The notes under the pieces are model-generated. The model saw nothing but the letters and a program-made list of their open reading frames with translations, ran no database searches and was not told the DNA's origin. Positions 20,430-33,401 of a stretch of 63,988 nucleotides of DNA are shown here, one piece after another. The stretch is from Salpingoeca rosetta (taxonomy: Eukaryota > Protista > Choanoflagellata). The stretch is from contig JAWQFM010000011.1 in assembly GCA_033442325.1 (NCBI GenBank), positions 1,649,578-1,713,565 of the forward strand, in the 5' to 3' direction. A program made the translations under genes and the position numbers. How positions within the stretch are numbered: the first letter of the stretch is position 1; the number at the start of each line of letters is the position of its first letter.

Positions 20430-22177
20430 ATGAACGGGGAAGGTGTGCTCCTCGCCAGTGGGGGCGTGTACCACGGTACGATCCAGGATGGACGGCCCGA
20501 GGGCATTGGCCGCGTGGAATGGCCTCAGCGACCCCGCTCAGCGGCGTCCTACCACGGCGAGCTGCAGCGTGGCGTTCGCTCCGGCCGAGGTCAGCTGGTC
20601 ACCACAGAGGACATCACCTTCACGGGCGCCTTCAAGGATAACATGCGACACGGCGATGGCGTGCACACCCTCAACGGTACTGTGTGTATATGTGTGTGTG
20701 TGCGTGCGTGCGTGTGTGTGTGGGCATGTGTGTGCGTGTGTGAGAGCTTGTGGACGTGCGTGTGTGTGTGTGCGTGTGTGTGTGTGTGTGGGCATGTGTG
20801 TGTGTGTGCTTGTGGACGTGGGGATATGCTGAAGTGTTTGCTGCTGTCCTTGTTCTCACTCCGCGGCCACCACGACCCCCTCCCCCTCCCCTACTCATGC
20901 ATGACACGTGCAGGGCGAGTACGGTATGAGGGCCACTTTGTGGATGGCCATATCCACGGTCGCGGATCATGCGTGTAAGTGCAAACAGCACCTGCGTGCG
21001 TGCCCGAGGTGTGCTGTCGCTGCACGATGAGCTGCATCGTCTTCGCTTCTATCATCCTCAGCTGCCTCGTTCACCCCCTCCCTCGTCATGCTGCAGGTAT
21101 GACAACTACTTGGAGTACAACGGCGACTTCAAGAACGGCGTGATCCACGGCGAAGGCACGATGCGGTTTGCAGACGGGGCGACATACACGGGCAGCTTCC
21201 ACGAGGGCATGCGCCATGGTGATGGCCGCATGACCTGGTCCGATGGCGACAAGTACGTGGGCGCATACAGGAATGACCTTCGCCACGGGCTTGGCACATA
21301 TACATGGAACACGGGGTGCGTTGGCGCTGCGTCGCTGCTCTTGCCTGCGTGTACGTGTGTTTTCGTGTGTTGTGTGTGTTGTGTGTATGTGTGTTGTGTG
21401 AATGTGTGTGTTGTGTGTATGTATGTGTGTATTGCGTGTACGTGTGTATTGTGTGTATGTAAGTGTGTGTGTTTGCCTGCCTGCCTACCTGCCTGCCACC
21501 GCGTATGTTTGCTGCTGAATGTGTTGTACTTGAGCCAGCGATACAGCTGCCCATCACGCTCACGGCTTGCGCACCGCTTCCTCCCTCTCCCGCCATCCAC
21601 TTAACTTCACCACGACCACACCAGGCAACGGTACCATGGGCACTTCATGGACGGTAAACGCAACGGCCTGGGCGTATTCACCTGGCCCGACGGCGCCACG
21701 TGAGTGCTTGTTGCAACTCTGTGTGTGTGTGCGTGTGTGCGTGTGTGCGTGTGTGTGCTTGCGCGCGTGCGTGTGTGTATGTGTATGTGTGTCTGTGTGT
21801 GTGTGTGCCAACCTGCCTGTCTCTCTGTACGTCTGCGTATCCGCCTTGGTTGTTACTTTCGACGTATGCTGACGCATGCACGCGACAAACCTTTGTACAC
21901 GACACCTCCACGACGATGACAGGTTCTGTGGGAACTTTGAGGATGATCGGAGGAGTGGGCCAGGCGTCCTGTGCCACGAGGACGGCAGCGTGGACGCTGG
22001 CCTGTGGGATGGTTCACAGCTGTGGCGCTTGCTGCCAGTGCAGAGCGTTTTGAATGAGCTGCGAGAGAATGATGATGCAAAACTGCTCAAAGCCATTAAG
22101 CTCAAGCGAAGGGTCGTGGAAGGCATGCTCACCAAGGTTCGTCGTGTTTGTGTGTGTGTGTGTGTATGTGCATGTGT

Positions 22178-22223
<46 letters not shown>

Positions 22224-22417
22224 GCGATTGCGTTGCCCTGGCCCAGAACTGCCATTCCACTCCACCCCAACGCCAACACCAACACTGCAACTAACCGCCA
22301 CCTGCGTGCTGCGTGCTCAGATGTCGAAAAAGGCGATGGAGTATGCACAGCGCGGCGAGACGCGAATGCTCGAGCACTCCCTTCGACGCTGCAAAGTCCA
22401 CCAGGGTGAGCGGTGTG

Positions 22418-22448
<31 letters not shown>

Positions 22449-23461
22449 CGGAAGATTTCTGTACCATTGTGCGAATGCGCTGACGTCTCCTCGTGTGTGT
22501 GTGTGCTCGAGTGATTCGTCGAACTCGCACATGTGCGCATTATCCCCCACCCCCTCAACTTGTTCTTCGCTTCAACGCCGTGTGCAGACGTATCGAACGA
22601 GTACGGCGTGAACCTCCTTATGTTTGCCGCGTGCAACAATCACACGGACACCGTAAGGATGCTGCTGGACTTTGGGGCCGCTATCAACCTGTGAGTCTGC
22701 ACGTGTGGCTCTGACTGCAATGCTGTGCAATGCGTTTCGCACTGCTCATGTACGCAACCGCACATACGCGCGCAATTGTGTGGCGCGCGTGTGCGTGTAT
22801 CTCGGCACAAACACATGCACACATTCGCTCGCGTACGTGTTTTCCTCATCGCCCCTCACGTTAATATGTGTGTGTGCGTGTGCGTGTGCGTGTGCGTGTA
22901 CAGGTTGACTGTGGACGGCGTGTCTACGCTGAATCTTAGCTATCACGTGGCGTGGTCGCGGTGCCTCGATCTCCTGCCCTACTCGTCAACGCTTCGCCAC
23001 CCCGACACAACCATCCCATCCCCACAGGCCATGCACCCAACATACGAGCTGGTGCGCGCGTGCGTGCGTGTGCATGCGTGCGTGCGTGTGTGTGTGTGTG
23101 TGCGTGTGTGTGTGTGTTGATTGACAAAGTCCTCTTGCTCAAAGCGAAGTTTGTATCTGACCTTCCCATCTCATCATGCCCCCACCGCCTTTATGCCCAC
23201 GGCGACCACCTTGACCACGGGTGTCAGCTGCTGGAGCGTGGTGCCGATCCTGATCTGAGCAGTTTCCCCTCACCGGTCCTCATCGCCGCCATCAACAACG
23301 CGGACGTGCACATGTGCCAACTTCTCCTCGCCTCCGGCTGTAATCCCAACATCATCGACCCAAAGTAGGGCAGTTCCGATCATGCTCGTGTCTGTTCGTG
23401 TGTTTTATATTTGTGTGTATATGAATGTGGATGCGTGTGTGTGTGTGTGTGTGTTTGTGTT

Positions 23462-23560
<99 letters not shown>

Positions 23561-24430
23561 TGGATAGCGGCGCCACCCGCCACATTCTTCGCGTCTTGTG
23601 TTCGTGTACACGTGTTGCTCCTCACCGCCACCGACACCACGTGCACAGGGACGCATCGCAGCAAACACCAATTCTTCGTGTCGCGCGCCTTCTTCTGCAG
23701 CACGACGCGCACTCGTACGTCGTGCACTTGATCGAACACATGTCGCCATGCAAACGCAAGTGCGAACGCAAGTGCAAACACAGTGGTCTATGGACGTCGT
23801 CTGCAAGTAGAGCGCACTGTCTCACACACGCGTGAACCGCACTGTGCCATCACACCACCATCACACCACCATCTCGCCACCACCTTATCATAACACCACC
23901 ATCACGGCTTTGGTGCTGTTGCATCAACAGGGATGACGATCTGCTGCGTCGCCGCCTCGCCATCATGCGCCTTCTCCTCCAGGTCGGTGCGAACGCGCAC
24001 GTGTGTGTGTGTGTGTGTGTGCGTGCGTGTGCGTGCGTGTGCGTGTGCGTGCGTGTGCGTGCGTGTGTGTGTGTGTGTGCGTGCATGTGTGTGTGTGTGC
24101 GTGTGTGTGTTCAAGTGCATGTGTTGGCGCACATTCCGCGAGAAGTTACCGTCTCCTCACGTTCACCACCATCACCATCACCACCACTGCAACCCCCCTC
24201 CCAATCATTGTGTCGCGTGTCCACAGGCCGGCACGCAGCTGAACCGCGCGGATGCGGATGGAGCGACGGTGCTGCACGCGCTGGCGTCCGTCTCCCTCCC
24301 CGACGCATCGCTGCTCATCACGGAGATCATTGGCCAGGACGCAAGTGTCGACCAGCTTGATGATGACGGGTACACCCCGCTCGCACGCGCCGTCATTGCA
24401 GGCAACCTCGCAAGTACGCCGCACACGATG

Positions 24431-24477
<47 letters not shown>

Positions 24478-24488
24478 TGTGTGTGTGT

Positions 24489-24529
<41 letters not shown>

Positions 24530-25004
24530 CAGATGTGTTCTCAGTCGCCAACTACAGCACCCCACCACCGCCCCCTCCTCCTCTCACTCCTTTTCCTCCA
24601 CCGCGTGCAGACATTGAGGCGTTACTCAGCAACAACGCTGACCCGAATGTCCACGTAGGCGCCAATCGCGATCTCCCCATCAACCTCGCCATCACCGCGC
24701 ACCCGAACCAGGACGACGGTGCGCCATGTTGTTTAAGTTGTTTAAGTTGTTTAAGTTGTTGTTTAAGTTGTTGTTGTTGTTGTTGTTTAAGTTGTTGTTG
24801 TTGTTGTTTAAGTTGTTTAAGTTGTTGTTGTTTAAGTTGTTGTTGTTGTTGTTTAAGTTGTTTAAGTTGTTGTTGTTTAAGTTGTTTAAGTTGTTTAAGT
24901 TGTTGTTGTTGTTGTTGTTGTTTAAGTTGTTGTTGTTTAAGTTGTTGTTGTTTAAGTTGTTGTTTAAGTTGTTGTTGTTGTTGTTGTTGTTTAAGTTGTT
25001 TAAG

Positions 25005-25068
<64 letters not shown>

Positions 25069-27013
25069 GTATTTTTTTTTATGTGTGTGAATTGCTGCAT
25101 CTTTCGTAACAGTACCATCAGGAGCTCACCTCCTTATTCCTTCTCCTCCTCCTCCTCAACACGTGCTTGTGCTGAAAACCAACACACGCGTATGTATGTG
25201 CACACGCGTTTGGGATTACAGATGAGCTTCGCTTCAATCTCGTGAGCGTTTTGCTGAAGAACAGCGCTGATCCGACCTTCTCCGTGCCCGTCGTTGTCAA
25301 TGGTGGCGACGTGGCCAGGGGAACGGTACGCTAATGCTGCTGCTGCTGCTGCTGCTGTTGTTCGTTGTTGTTGTTGGTGTTGCTGTCGTTTGTTGTTCTT
25401 GTCGTTCCTGTTATTCGTTGGTCGATCGCTTGGTTGACTTGTTGATTTGACGGTTAACTTTTCACGACAGACGACCACCCCCCCCCTCTCCCTCTCTCTC
25501 TTTCCCGCGTAACACTCACATCTGTACATCTCTCTTCATCCTCGTCCAACCACCACATCACGCAACGTCCACGATACACCACCACCACCACCACCACACG
25601 AACACCACGCACAACCGACGGCACCGTTGCTGACAGGTGATGGATTCAGTGCACATTCGGCTGCAGACCACGGGTTCCCGGGGCATGTACTCGAAGCGTC
25701 TCAGCTCGTTTGATCCGTCGCGATCGCTCACACGCAAGAAGAGCAGCATGATGCCGCCGCGTCACGCACGGGGTCAAACGAGCCTTCTTTGCGCGAAGCC
25801 GGTGCGTGTGTGTGTGTGTTTGTGTTTGTGTGTGTGTGTGTATGTGTGTGTGCGACGTGAGAGGTAGTTCGCATGAGCATTGATTTGCATGTACGTCGCC
25901 GCATGCTTAACTCAGCTCACATTGCAGCTCACATGATGTGCGCCCATAATTGCGCTCGTGTCTTCCCAGACATGGCCCTATGCGAGCTGCTTACCAACTC
26001 CATTCGTGACCTTCTCTTGAAACGCCAAAGCTTCAGTCAGTCTCGCTGTGTGAGAGAGAGTGTGTGTGTTTCGCAACTGTATACGCGTTTCTGCTTGTAT
26101 TGGCACGCGTGTGTCCATATGTATGGGCGAATGCGAACCATGTCATGCTGCCGCTGCTGTGTCAAAGTGACACCCCACTCACGCCCCACATGCGACTGCT
26201 TGCATAACCACCACCATCAACAACACTGCCGCTTGCGTTCCTTTACAGACGATATTGAGCTGTGTGCCCAATGCGGTCGCTCGTACAAGCAGCGTCTCAT
26301 GCCGTTTTCTGGATCAGCGGTAATGCCTTTGAACTCGTTGAATGTGGCGTGTGTGTTGGGGGGAGGATGAAGCGGTGGCGTAGCTGTAGGGGAGATGGAC
26401 TGCTTGCTGTCGCTTGCGGCTTTAGTTGATGCCACTCGGTGCTCCCTTTTTTGCTCCTCACACACACTCGTACACGCACACTCATACACATACACACACT
26501 CATACACGCACACTCATACACGCACACTCATACACGCACACACACCCATACACACACGCACACACATACACGCACAATACAGCACATCTTCTTCTGTGGT
26601 GAGCGCTGCAAGATGCGCGCGCTGAACGGCGACCACCGCAAGGCGCTGCTGGCGTCACTCAAGAGCACAGACCCGAACCGGTGGAAGTTTCTTCAGTTGG
26701 CTGACGAGCCGCATCTTGTGTGGAGAGGCGATACCATCAGCGAGGTCCACAGGGCTGTCACCGCGCCACCAGACTACCACCTCACGTCCCCGGGCAAGGC
26801 TGTCAGGTGAGCTGTGCATGAAAATATAGAAGTGTGTATGCGTGCTTGTGTGCGTGGGTGTTCGTTTGTTCCTCGTTTGCTTTGTTCGTCTTATTCTTTC
26901 GCGTCGTGGTCGGCTTGCATGCCCCTATTCGCAACAGCTCACCTCGGTTTACTCTTGAACACGTGCCGAACAAACATCATCACTTACACACACACACACA
27001 CACACGTACACGT

Positions 27014-27058
<45 letters not shown>

Positions 27059-28066
27059 CGTACAACCGCACATATGCGCACAATCACACACTCTTGCAGG
27101 CGACGGAAGCCATCTGCGATAGTGTCTGCGAGCGACTCGATGAAGCAAGCGAGCGTGGTATCGCAGCTCAGCCCCGCGCCCTCACTCGCAAAGCCGCTGC
27201 CAAACACGCGTTCGCTCATCAGCATGCACGCAGCGAAACTGCAGTCTGGCAGCAGCGATACGAGCCCGGACCGCCACCAGCACGAGGACGCCACACACGC
27301 CCCATCGCCCAAGGCGAGAGCGAAGAGCACATCGTCACCGCCGTCAGCACGCAAGAAGCGCATGGTGCACGCGCACACGACCACGACACTCAAGGTCATG
27401 GCGCCATCACGGGCAGCGCGTACAGTTGAGCGACTGCCTGGGCCGCCACCGGTGCATCTCGCCCGTCCGTCGTCGGCGGCGTCCTCGCGCTCATCACGGC
27501 CAGCGACACCATCGGGCCTCTCCCCGCACCGCCGCAAGCAACAACAGCAACACCACCACCAACAGCAGCAGCAACAGCAACACCAACAGCAGCAACAGCA
27601 ACACCAACAGCAGCAACAGCAGCAACAACGGCACCACCACCAACAGCAGCAGCCACGGCAGCGCGTGATGAGTGGCGGTGGAAATGCACTAGCGCGATCG
27701 CTGCCTGCTGGTGCGCTGCGACGCTCCCAGTCGATTCCCGTCAAGGCAATGTCGCCAGCAGCAGCAGCTGATGGCTGGACACGAGCAACACCAAAAGCAG
27801 CAACAGCAACAACAGCACCAGCGACAACAGCTGCAGCCACAACAGCAACGACAGCAGCAACCGCAAGCAGTGTCCGTGGTTCATCCTCGACTGTTGCAAA
27901 CGACAACAGCGGTAGCGGTGGCAATGCCAGGAGCAGGAGCAGGAGTAGTGTCAGTTCACGAAGAAGAAACAGCGGCAGCGATGGTGATAGCAGACGGGCG
28001 AGTGTCAATGCAGCCATCAGTCGAAGAGGAAGCACACGCAGCGTCTCCAACAAATACATGCGATGA
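20430..28066 (+). CDS. ANKMY1: MORN-repeat, ankyrin-repeat and degenerate MYND-finger protein (ANKMY1-like)
   Basis: Multiple MORN repeats ([37 protein letters not shown]). Ankyrin repeats ([28 protein letters not shown]). MYND-like CAQCGRS...FFCGERCK...DHRK, then a low-complexity tail. Start codon uncertain. Confidence 0.75.
24728..25068 (+). repeat. Intronic compound microsatellite: (TTG)n interspersed with TTTAAG
   Basis: Directly visible in the sequence; lies inside an intron of the ANKMY1-like gene. Confidence 0.9.
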
Positions 28067-28713
28067 CACGCGCGCGCGCGTGTGTGTAACTTTCTGTGCC
28101 CGTTTGCTTGTATCTGCGTATATCAGGTGCTGGTTACCGTTTGCGAGCTGTTTGTGCCAGAGAGGCAACACGGGCAGACAACATGTGCTTGTGAGGAGGT
28201 TACTTTGTTGCTCTGTTGCTTGATTCCTGCTTGCATCTTGCCTTGTTCGTGTATGATGTGCATATCCCCCCGTAATTATCCATTGTTTCGTGAGCTTCAT
28301 CCAATCACATCAGGTTTCACCAGGTTCTCTGTCGGCGCTTGCTGTGCATTTATTTCGCGCTGTGCATATCGTGTGAGTAATGACCATCAACGTGTACACT
28401 GTCACACCAATCAACACGACAACAGCCCAGTCATGAACACGGCGCCACAAAACAAAGCACGGATAATCTGCATGAAATGAAGAGAGACAAGTCTGGCATG
28501 GACGAGAATAACACCGTGGGCAAGTCTGATAACGAATACCGTCATACAACAACGTCACACAACATCGCACATGGAGGCAGAAGAAGAAGAGCCATGGTTG
28601 AGGCAAGGGAGCAAGAAAGACAGCACGAACGGAAACTGCTTACATGCAAGGAAAAGAAGTAACATAACATCACACAGGGTAGGCTTCAACGGTCACGTGT
28701 TATCACACCGAGT

Positions 28714-28778
<65 letters not shown>

Positions 28779-28802
28779 CACACACACACAGCACACACAC
28801 AA

Positions 28803-28846
<44 letters not shown>

Positions 28847-28864
28847 CACACACGCAGCACGACG

Positions 28865-30568
28865 TCACGTGGCGAAGAAGGCTGCCAGGTATGGGTTGGA
28901 AGCAAAATTAGCGCTTGGGACACCACTGGTTGGAACACCGCCTGGTGTTGGCCACCCAAAGAACGGCGTGCGGGTGGATCCGACGACGATGATGGTGTTG
29001 CCTGCCGCCCACGTGGCGGTGGTCGGGGAATCGCTGCCGCTGCCAATGACGCGCGTCTGCGTCATGTCGCCGTTGCTCGCGTCGAGACGCACCACCGTTG
29101 TCTTGTAGTTGTCGGGCGTGGTTGAGCGAAAGTTGGTTGTTTGCATGGCAGCATACAGGCGGCTGGCGTCGTTGCCGTCAACCAGCACCGCCACCGCCTT
29201 GTCGGAAGATGTGCTGCCGTACTGCTGCACCCACGACACGGCGCCCGTAACAGCGTTCAGCTTTGCAACCACTGCGTCGCGGGTGCCGGGGTAGCCGTCA
29301 CTTCCCAGCGAACCTGTGGTCTCCGCTGCCACATACAGAACTACACCAGAAGGGTCGAGGGTGAGCCCATATGGGGTGTCGGCGCCACTCGAGCCAAGCT
29401 GCTGGATCCACAGCGCCTCCCCGTCCGAGCTGTCCATGCACAGAATGGCAATATCTGTACCGCCTCCGTATGGGAGGTTGGGCTCCAGGGGACCCTCGAC
29501 AGCTGCTGCCAAGTAGAAGCGATCATCTTTCCCCGGGGATGGTGGCACCGCCAGAGCCAAGCCGCTGTCAAACCCGTTGGTGCCAAACTGCTGCGTCCAC
29601 ATGACGCTGCCGTTGTTCCCGCTCAGCCGTGCCACGGCCACATCGCTGATGCCGGAGATGCTGTGGTTTGGAAGGCTGCCGCGAACCGATCCCGTGACCA
29701 CGACATCGCCCGTGCTCGGCAGGACGGCGATGGCATCTGCTCTGTCGTACTCGCTCGTGCCGAGCTGCTGCGTCCACAGGACCTCGCCCGTGGCTGCGTC
29801 GAGACAGGCTGCGAAGATGTCTGAGTTGCCGCGCGATGTGTGGCCGGGCAGCGCTGCTTTGTTGCCGACGACGCCGCTGATGAACACGCGACCACGGGAG
29901 GCGTCCAGGGCAACGCTTGTTGCCGTGTCGAACTCACCGGTGCCCAGCTGTGTGATCCATGTGGGCTTGGCCGTGCGCGGGTGAACCGCAGCCACAAACG
30001 CATCCGTTTTGCCGTGGCTGCTCTGACCTGTCACGAGCGCGTCCCCGGTGCTGCCGGAGAGGAAGAGGATCGAGCCCTCTGCGCCAATCACGGCGCCCGT
30101 CGGGCTCGTCTGTGCCAGGGTGCTCCACTGCGAAACGCCGAGCGGTGGCAGGTCGATGCCACGGCTCTCCAGCCGGGACAGGATGTCAGCGGTGGCCTGT
30201 GAAAGCGCCGAGCGCGTGTCGCCCACGCGCGCGTCGGCAAGGGTGTCGAAGAGGTCGCCGTCCTGCTGCTGCTGCATGGCGAAGGCGGCCTGCCCTTCGC
30301 TGACGCTGTCCATCGCCGCAGCAACGTTGGAGACGGACGCCTGGTTGAAGAACACGGTGGAGTTTGGTGCGTGCGTGGTGATCACCAGGTCGGGCTCCTC
30401 CCCGCCGGTGTCCACCAGCTCAATCGACGCCGTGCGGCCATCCCCACCAGCGGCATCAACACCACTTGGCGCTGCCGCAAGCACCACAGCAAGGGCAACG
30501 ACCGCAACAACCGCAACAGGCAGAGCAGGTGCGCGGCGCAGCCGGGCAGATGTAGTCAACAACAGCAT
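28865..30568 (-). CDS. Intronless secreted beta-propeller (SBBP/PQQ-like repeat) protein, 567 aa
   Basis: Signal peptide after the ATG at 30568; repeats of the form DxFxxxxDxxTGxxxWxxQLGTxxxDxxxxxAV; no introns. Confidence 0.85.
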   Translation of the reverse strand: MLLLTTSARLRRAPALPVAVVAVVALAVVLAAAPSGVDAAGGDGRTASIELVDTGGEEPDLVITTHAPNSTVFFNQASVSNVAAAMDSVSEGQAAFAMQQQQDGDLFDTLADARVGDTRSALSQATADILSRLESRGIDLPPLGVSQWSTLAQTSPTGAVIGAEGSILFLSGSTGDALVTGQSSHGKTDAFVAAVHPRTAKPTWITQLGTGEFDTATSVALDASRGRVFISGVVGNKAALPGHTSRGNSDIFAACLDAATGEVLWTQQLGTSEYDRADAIAVLPSTGDVVVTGSVRGSLPNHSISGISDVAVARLSGNNGSVMWTQQFGTNGFDSGLALAVPPSPGKDDRFYLAAAVEGPLEPNLPYGGGTDIAILCMDSSDGEALWIQQLGSSGADTPYGLTLDPSGVVLYVAAETTGSLGSDGYPGTRDAVVAKLNAVTGAVSWVQQYGSTSSDKAVAVLVDGNDASRLYAAMQTTNFRSTTPDNYKTTVVRLDASNGDMTQTRVIGSGSDSPTTATWAAGNTIIVVGSTRTPFFGWPTPGGVPTSGVPSANFASNPYLAAFFAT

Positions 30569-30649
30569 CCTTCTTGCTTGCTTGCTTGCTTCTTGTGGGC
30601 GTGGTGGGAAGTGAGTACGATTTTGCTTCCTCCCAAATTGCGATCGACT

Positions 30650-32242
30650 ATGGCGCTGCGTGGGTTGTGGGTTGTTGTGGTGGTGGGGTTTGTGGTGGGC
30701 GGTGGTGGTGTCGGGTGGGCCAATGCACAATCAAGCAGCAGCGGCAGCAGTGGCAGCAGTGACGATGGCCCTCCACATGCCGCGGTGATTGCCAACGACC
30801 AGCATGGGAACTTGCACGTGAACACGACGACGGGGCGTGGCCATGTGGTGGTGAACAACGTGGATCTGACGGCCAAGACACAAATGCTGTGGAACAACAC
30901 AGCGGCGATCGCCGCCACGCACGCTCGTCTAATGGCTGCCCATGAGAGCCGCAAGCAGGTGCTGGACGGCCTCACTGTCGGGCACGAGTTTCTGCGGGCC
31001 GCCCTCGACTACGAGCAGGAGCCCAGCGTGGCAGACGAGGTGGCATATGTGCTGCAGACGCCGAGCCACAATTCCGCGGCGGACGTGGTCGTGGACCCGG
31101 CGGGCGGGTTTGTGTGCCAGCTGCTGAGCCAGTCCAACGTGGTTGTGGCTTGCGCGAACGCAGCTACCGGCATGGACATCTGGAGCAAGACGGTGTCTGA
31201 TGGCCCGTGGGGCAATGCGCTGGCGTTGGATGCGACGGCAACCCGCCTCTTCGTCGCCGGCAAGATGACGTCCTCCCTCATCATGCAGCAGTCCGCGGTG
31301 ACGGCTGGCGCCTTTGTTGCCTGCTTCGACGCCGAGAATGGCACGCCTTTGTGGAGCGCACCATTCCCTGGCCCGCACTCGTTTGCTTCGCTTGCGGTCA
31401 GCGGCAGCGGCGACGCCGTGTACGTTGCTGGCCAATCAACCGGGGCGTTCCTGGACAACGCCCATAACCGCGACAGCGACATCATCGTGGCCCGCCTCAA
31501 CGCCACCACCGGCAACGTGGACTGGAGCGCCCAAATCGGCAGCGGTGACAACGACAACGCAAAGGGCGTCGCTGTTGACGAGCAGGGCAACGTGTACGTG
31601 GCAGGCCTCACGGAAGACCCGCGCTCGTTTGGTGGCTCGATCTTTGACCTGGATGATGCTGTGGTGATCAAGTACAGCAGCGACGGCCGCCGCTCGTGGA
31701 TCAGCCTGCTCTCCACGGTCGGCGAGGATTCCTGCTACGACATCACCGCAGATGGGCAGGGCGGCGTGGTTGTGGCCTGCAGGAGCAGCGTCATCTACGA
31801 AGGCCCTGACGCCTCTGCGCGTGGTTCGAGCGCACACTTCTTCGTTGCCCGCGTCAACACGAGCGACGGCGGCATTGTGTGGTGGGCGCACACGTCCACG
31901 GACGGCAGTGGCGATACGTATGCCAGGGCCATCGTTATGGACAGTGCACGCAAGCACGTGGTGCTGACCGGCTACACGGAGTACGCGCTCTCCCGCTATC
32001 GACAGCAAGGCACCAACGACTTGTTTGTGGTCAAGATGGCGGCGGCAACGGGCGAGGTTGTGTGGTCGACCCAGATTGGATCGCCCGAGACGGCAGTTGG
32101 GTATGGGGTGGCTGTGGATGCAGCAGACAACATCTACGTGGCCGGGGCTGTCCGCAATGAGCTGGTTGGACTGGCCGACCACGGTGCCTCCACAACCACG
32201 GGCCAAACCGACGCCGTCTTGGTCAAGTTCTTTGCGCCGTAG
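30650..32242 (+). CDS. Intronless secreted beta-propeller (SBBP/PQQ-like repeat) protein, 530 aa, paralog of its neighbour
   Basis: Hydrophobic N-terminus; repeats WSAQIGSGDNDNAKGVAVDEQGNVYVAG and WSTQIGS...GVAVDAADNIYVAG; no introns. Confidence 0.85.
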   Translation: MALRGLWVVVVVGFVVGGGGVGWANAQSSSSGSSGSSDDGPPHAAVIANDQHGNLHVNTTTGRGHVVVNNVDLTAKTQMLWNNTAAIAATHARLMAAHESRKQVLDGLTVGHEFLRAALDYEQEPSVADEVAYVLQTPSHNSAADVVVDPAGGFVCQLLSQSNVVVACANAATGMDIWSKTVSDGPWGNALALDATATRLFVAGKMTSSLIMQQSAVTAGAFVACFDAENGTPLWSAPFPGPHSFASLAVSGSGDAVYVAGQSTGAFLDNAHNRDSDIIVARLNATTGNVDWSAQIGSGDNDNAKGVAVDEQGNVYVAGLTEDPRSFGGSIFDLDDAVVIKYSSDGRRSWISLLSTVGEDSCYDITADGQGGVVVACRSSVIYEGPDASARGSSAHFFVARVNTSDGGIVWWAHTSTDGSGDTYARAIVMDSARKHVVLTGYTEYALSRYRQQGTNDLFVVKMAAATGEVVWSTQIGSPETAVGYGVAVDAADNIYVAGAVRNELVGLADHGASTTTGQTDAVLVKFFAP

Positions 32243-32274
32243 TGTTTGTGCTGCGTGTGTGTGTGTGTGTGTGC

Positions 32275-32356
<82 letters not shown>

Positions 32357-32365
32357 GTCGTCGCG

Positions 32366-33298
32366 NNNNNNNNNNNNNNNNNNNNNNNNNNNNNNNNNNN
32401 NNNNNNNNNNNNNNNNNNNNNNNNNNNNNNNNNNNNNNNNNNNNNNNNNNNNNNNNNNNNNNNNNNNNNNNNNNNNNNNNNNNNNNNNNNNNNNNNNNNN
32501 NNNNNNNNNNNNNNNNNNNNNNNNNNNNNNNNNNNNNNNNNNNNNNNNNNNNNNNNNNNNNNNNNNNNNNNNNNNNNNNNNNNNNNNNNNNNNNNNNNNN
32601 NNNNNNNNNNNNNNNNNNNNNNNNNNNNNNNNNNNNNNNNNNNNNNNNNNNNNNNNNNNNNNNNNNNNNNNNNNNNNNNNNNNNNNNNNNNNNNNNNNNN
32701 NNNNNNNNNNNNNNNNNNNNNNNNNNNNNNNNNNNNNNNNNNNNNNNNNNNNNNNNNNNNNNNNNNNNNNNNNNNNNNNNNNNNNNNNNNNNNNNNNNNN
32801 NNNNNNNNNNNNNNNNNNNNNNNNNNNNNNNNNNNNNNNNNNNNNNNNNNNNNNNNNNNNNNNNNNNNNNNNNNNNNNNNNNNNNNNNNNNNNNNNNNNN
32901 NNNNNNNNNNNNNNNNNNNNNNNNNNNNNNNNNNNNNNNNNNNNNNNNNNNNNNNNNNNNNNNNNNNNNNNNNNNNNNNNNNNNNNNNNNNNNNNNNNNN
33001 NNNNNNNNNNNNNNNNNNNNNNNNNNNNNNNNNNNNNNNNNNNNNNNNNNNNNNNNNNNNNNNNNNNNNNNNNNNNNNNNNNNNNNNNNNNNNNNNNNNN
33101 NNNNNNNNNNNNNNNNNNNNNNNNNNNNNNNNNNNNNNNNNNNNNNNNNNNNNNNNNNNNNNNNNNNNNNNNNNNNNNNNNNNNNNNNNNNNNNNNNNNN
33201 NNNNNNNNNNNNNNNNNNNNNNNNNNNNNNNNNNNNNNNNNNNNNNNNNNNNNNNNNNNNNNNNNNNNNNNNNNNNNNNNNNNNNNNNNNNNNNNNNN
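32366..33298. other. Assembly gap
   Basis: Run of N flanked by (TG)n. Confidence 1.
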
Positions 33299-33310
33299 CT
33301 ACTACTACTA

Positions 33311-33401
<91 letters not shown>

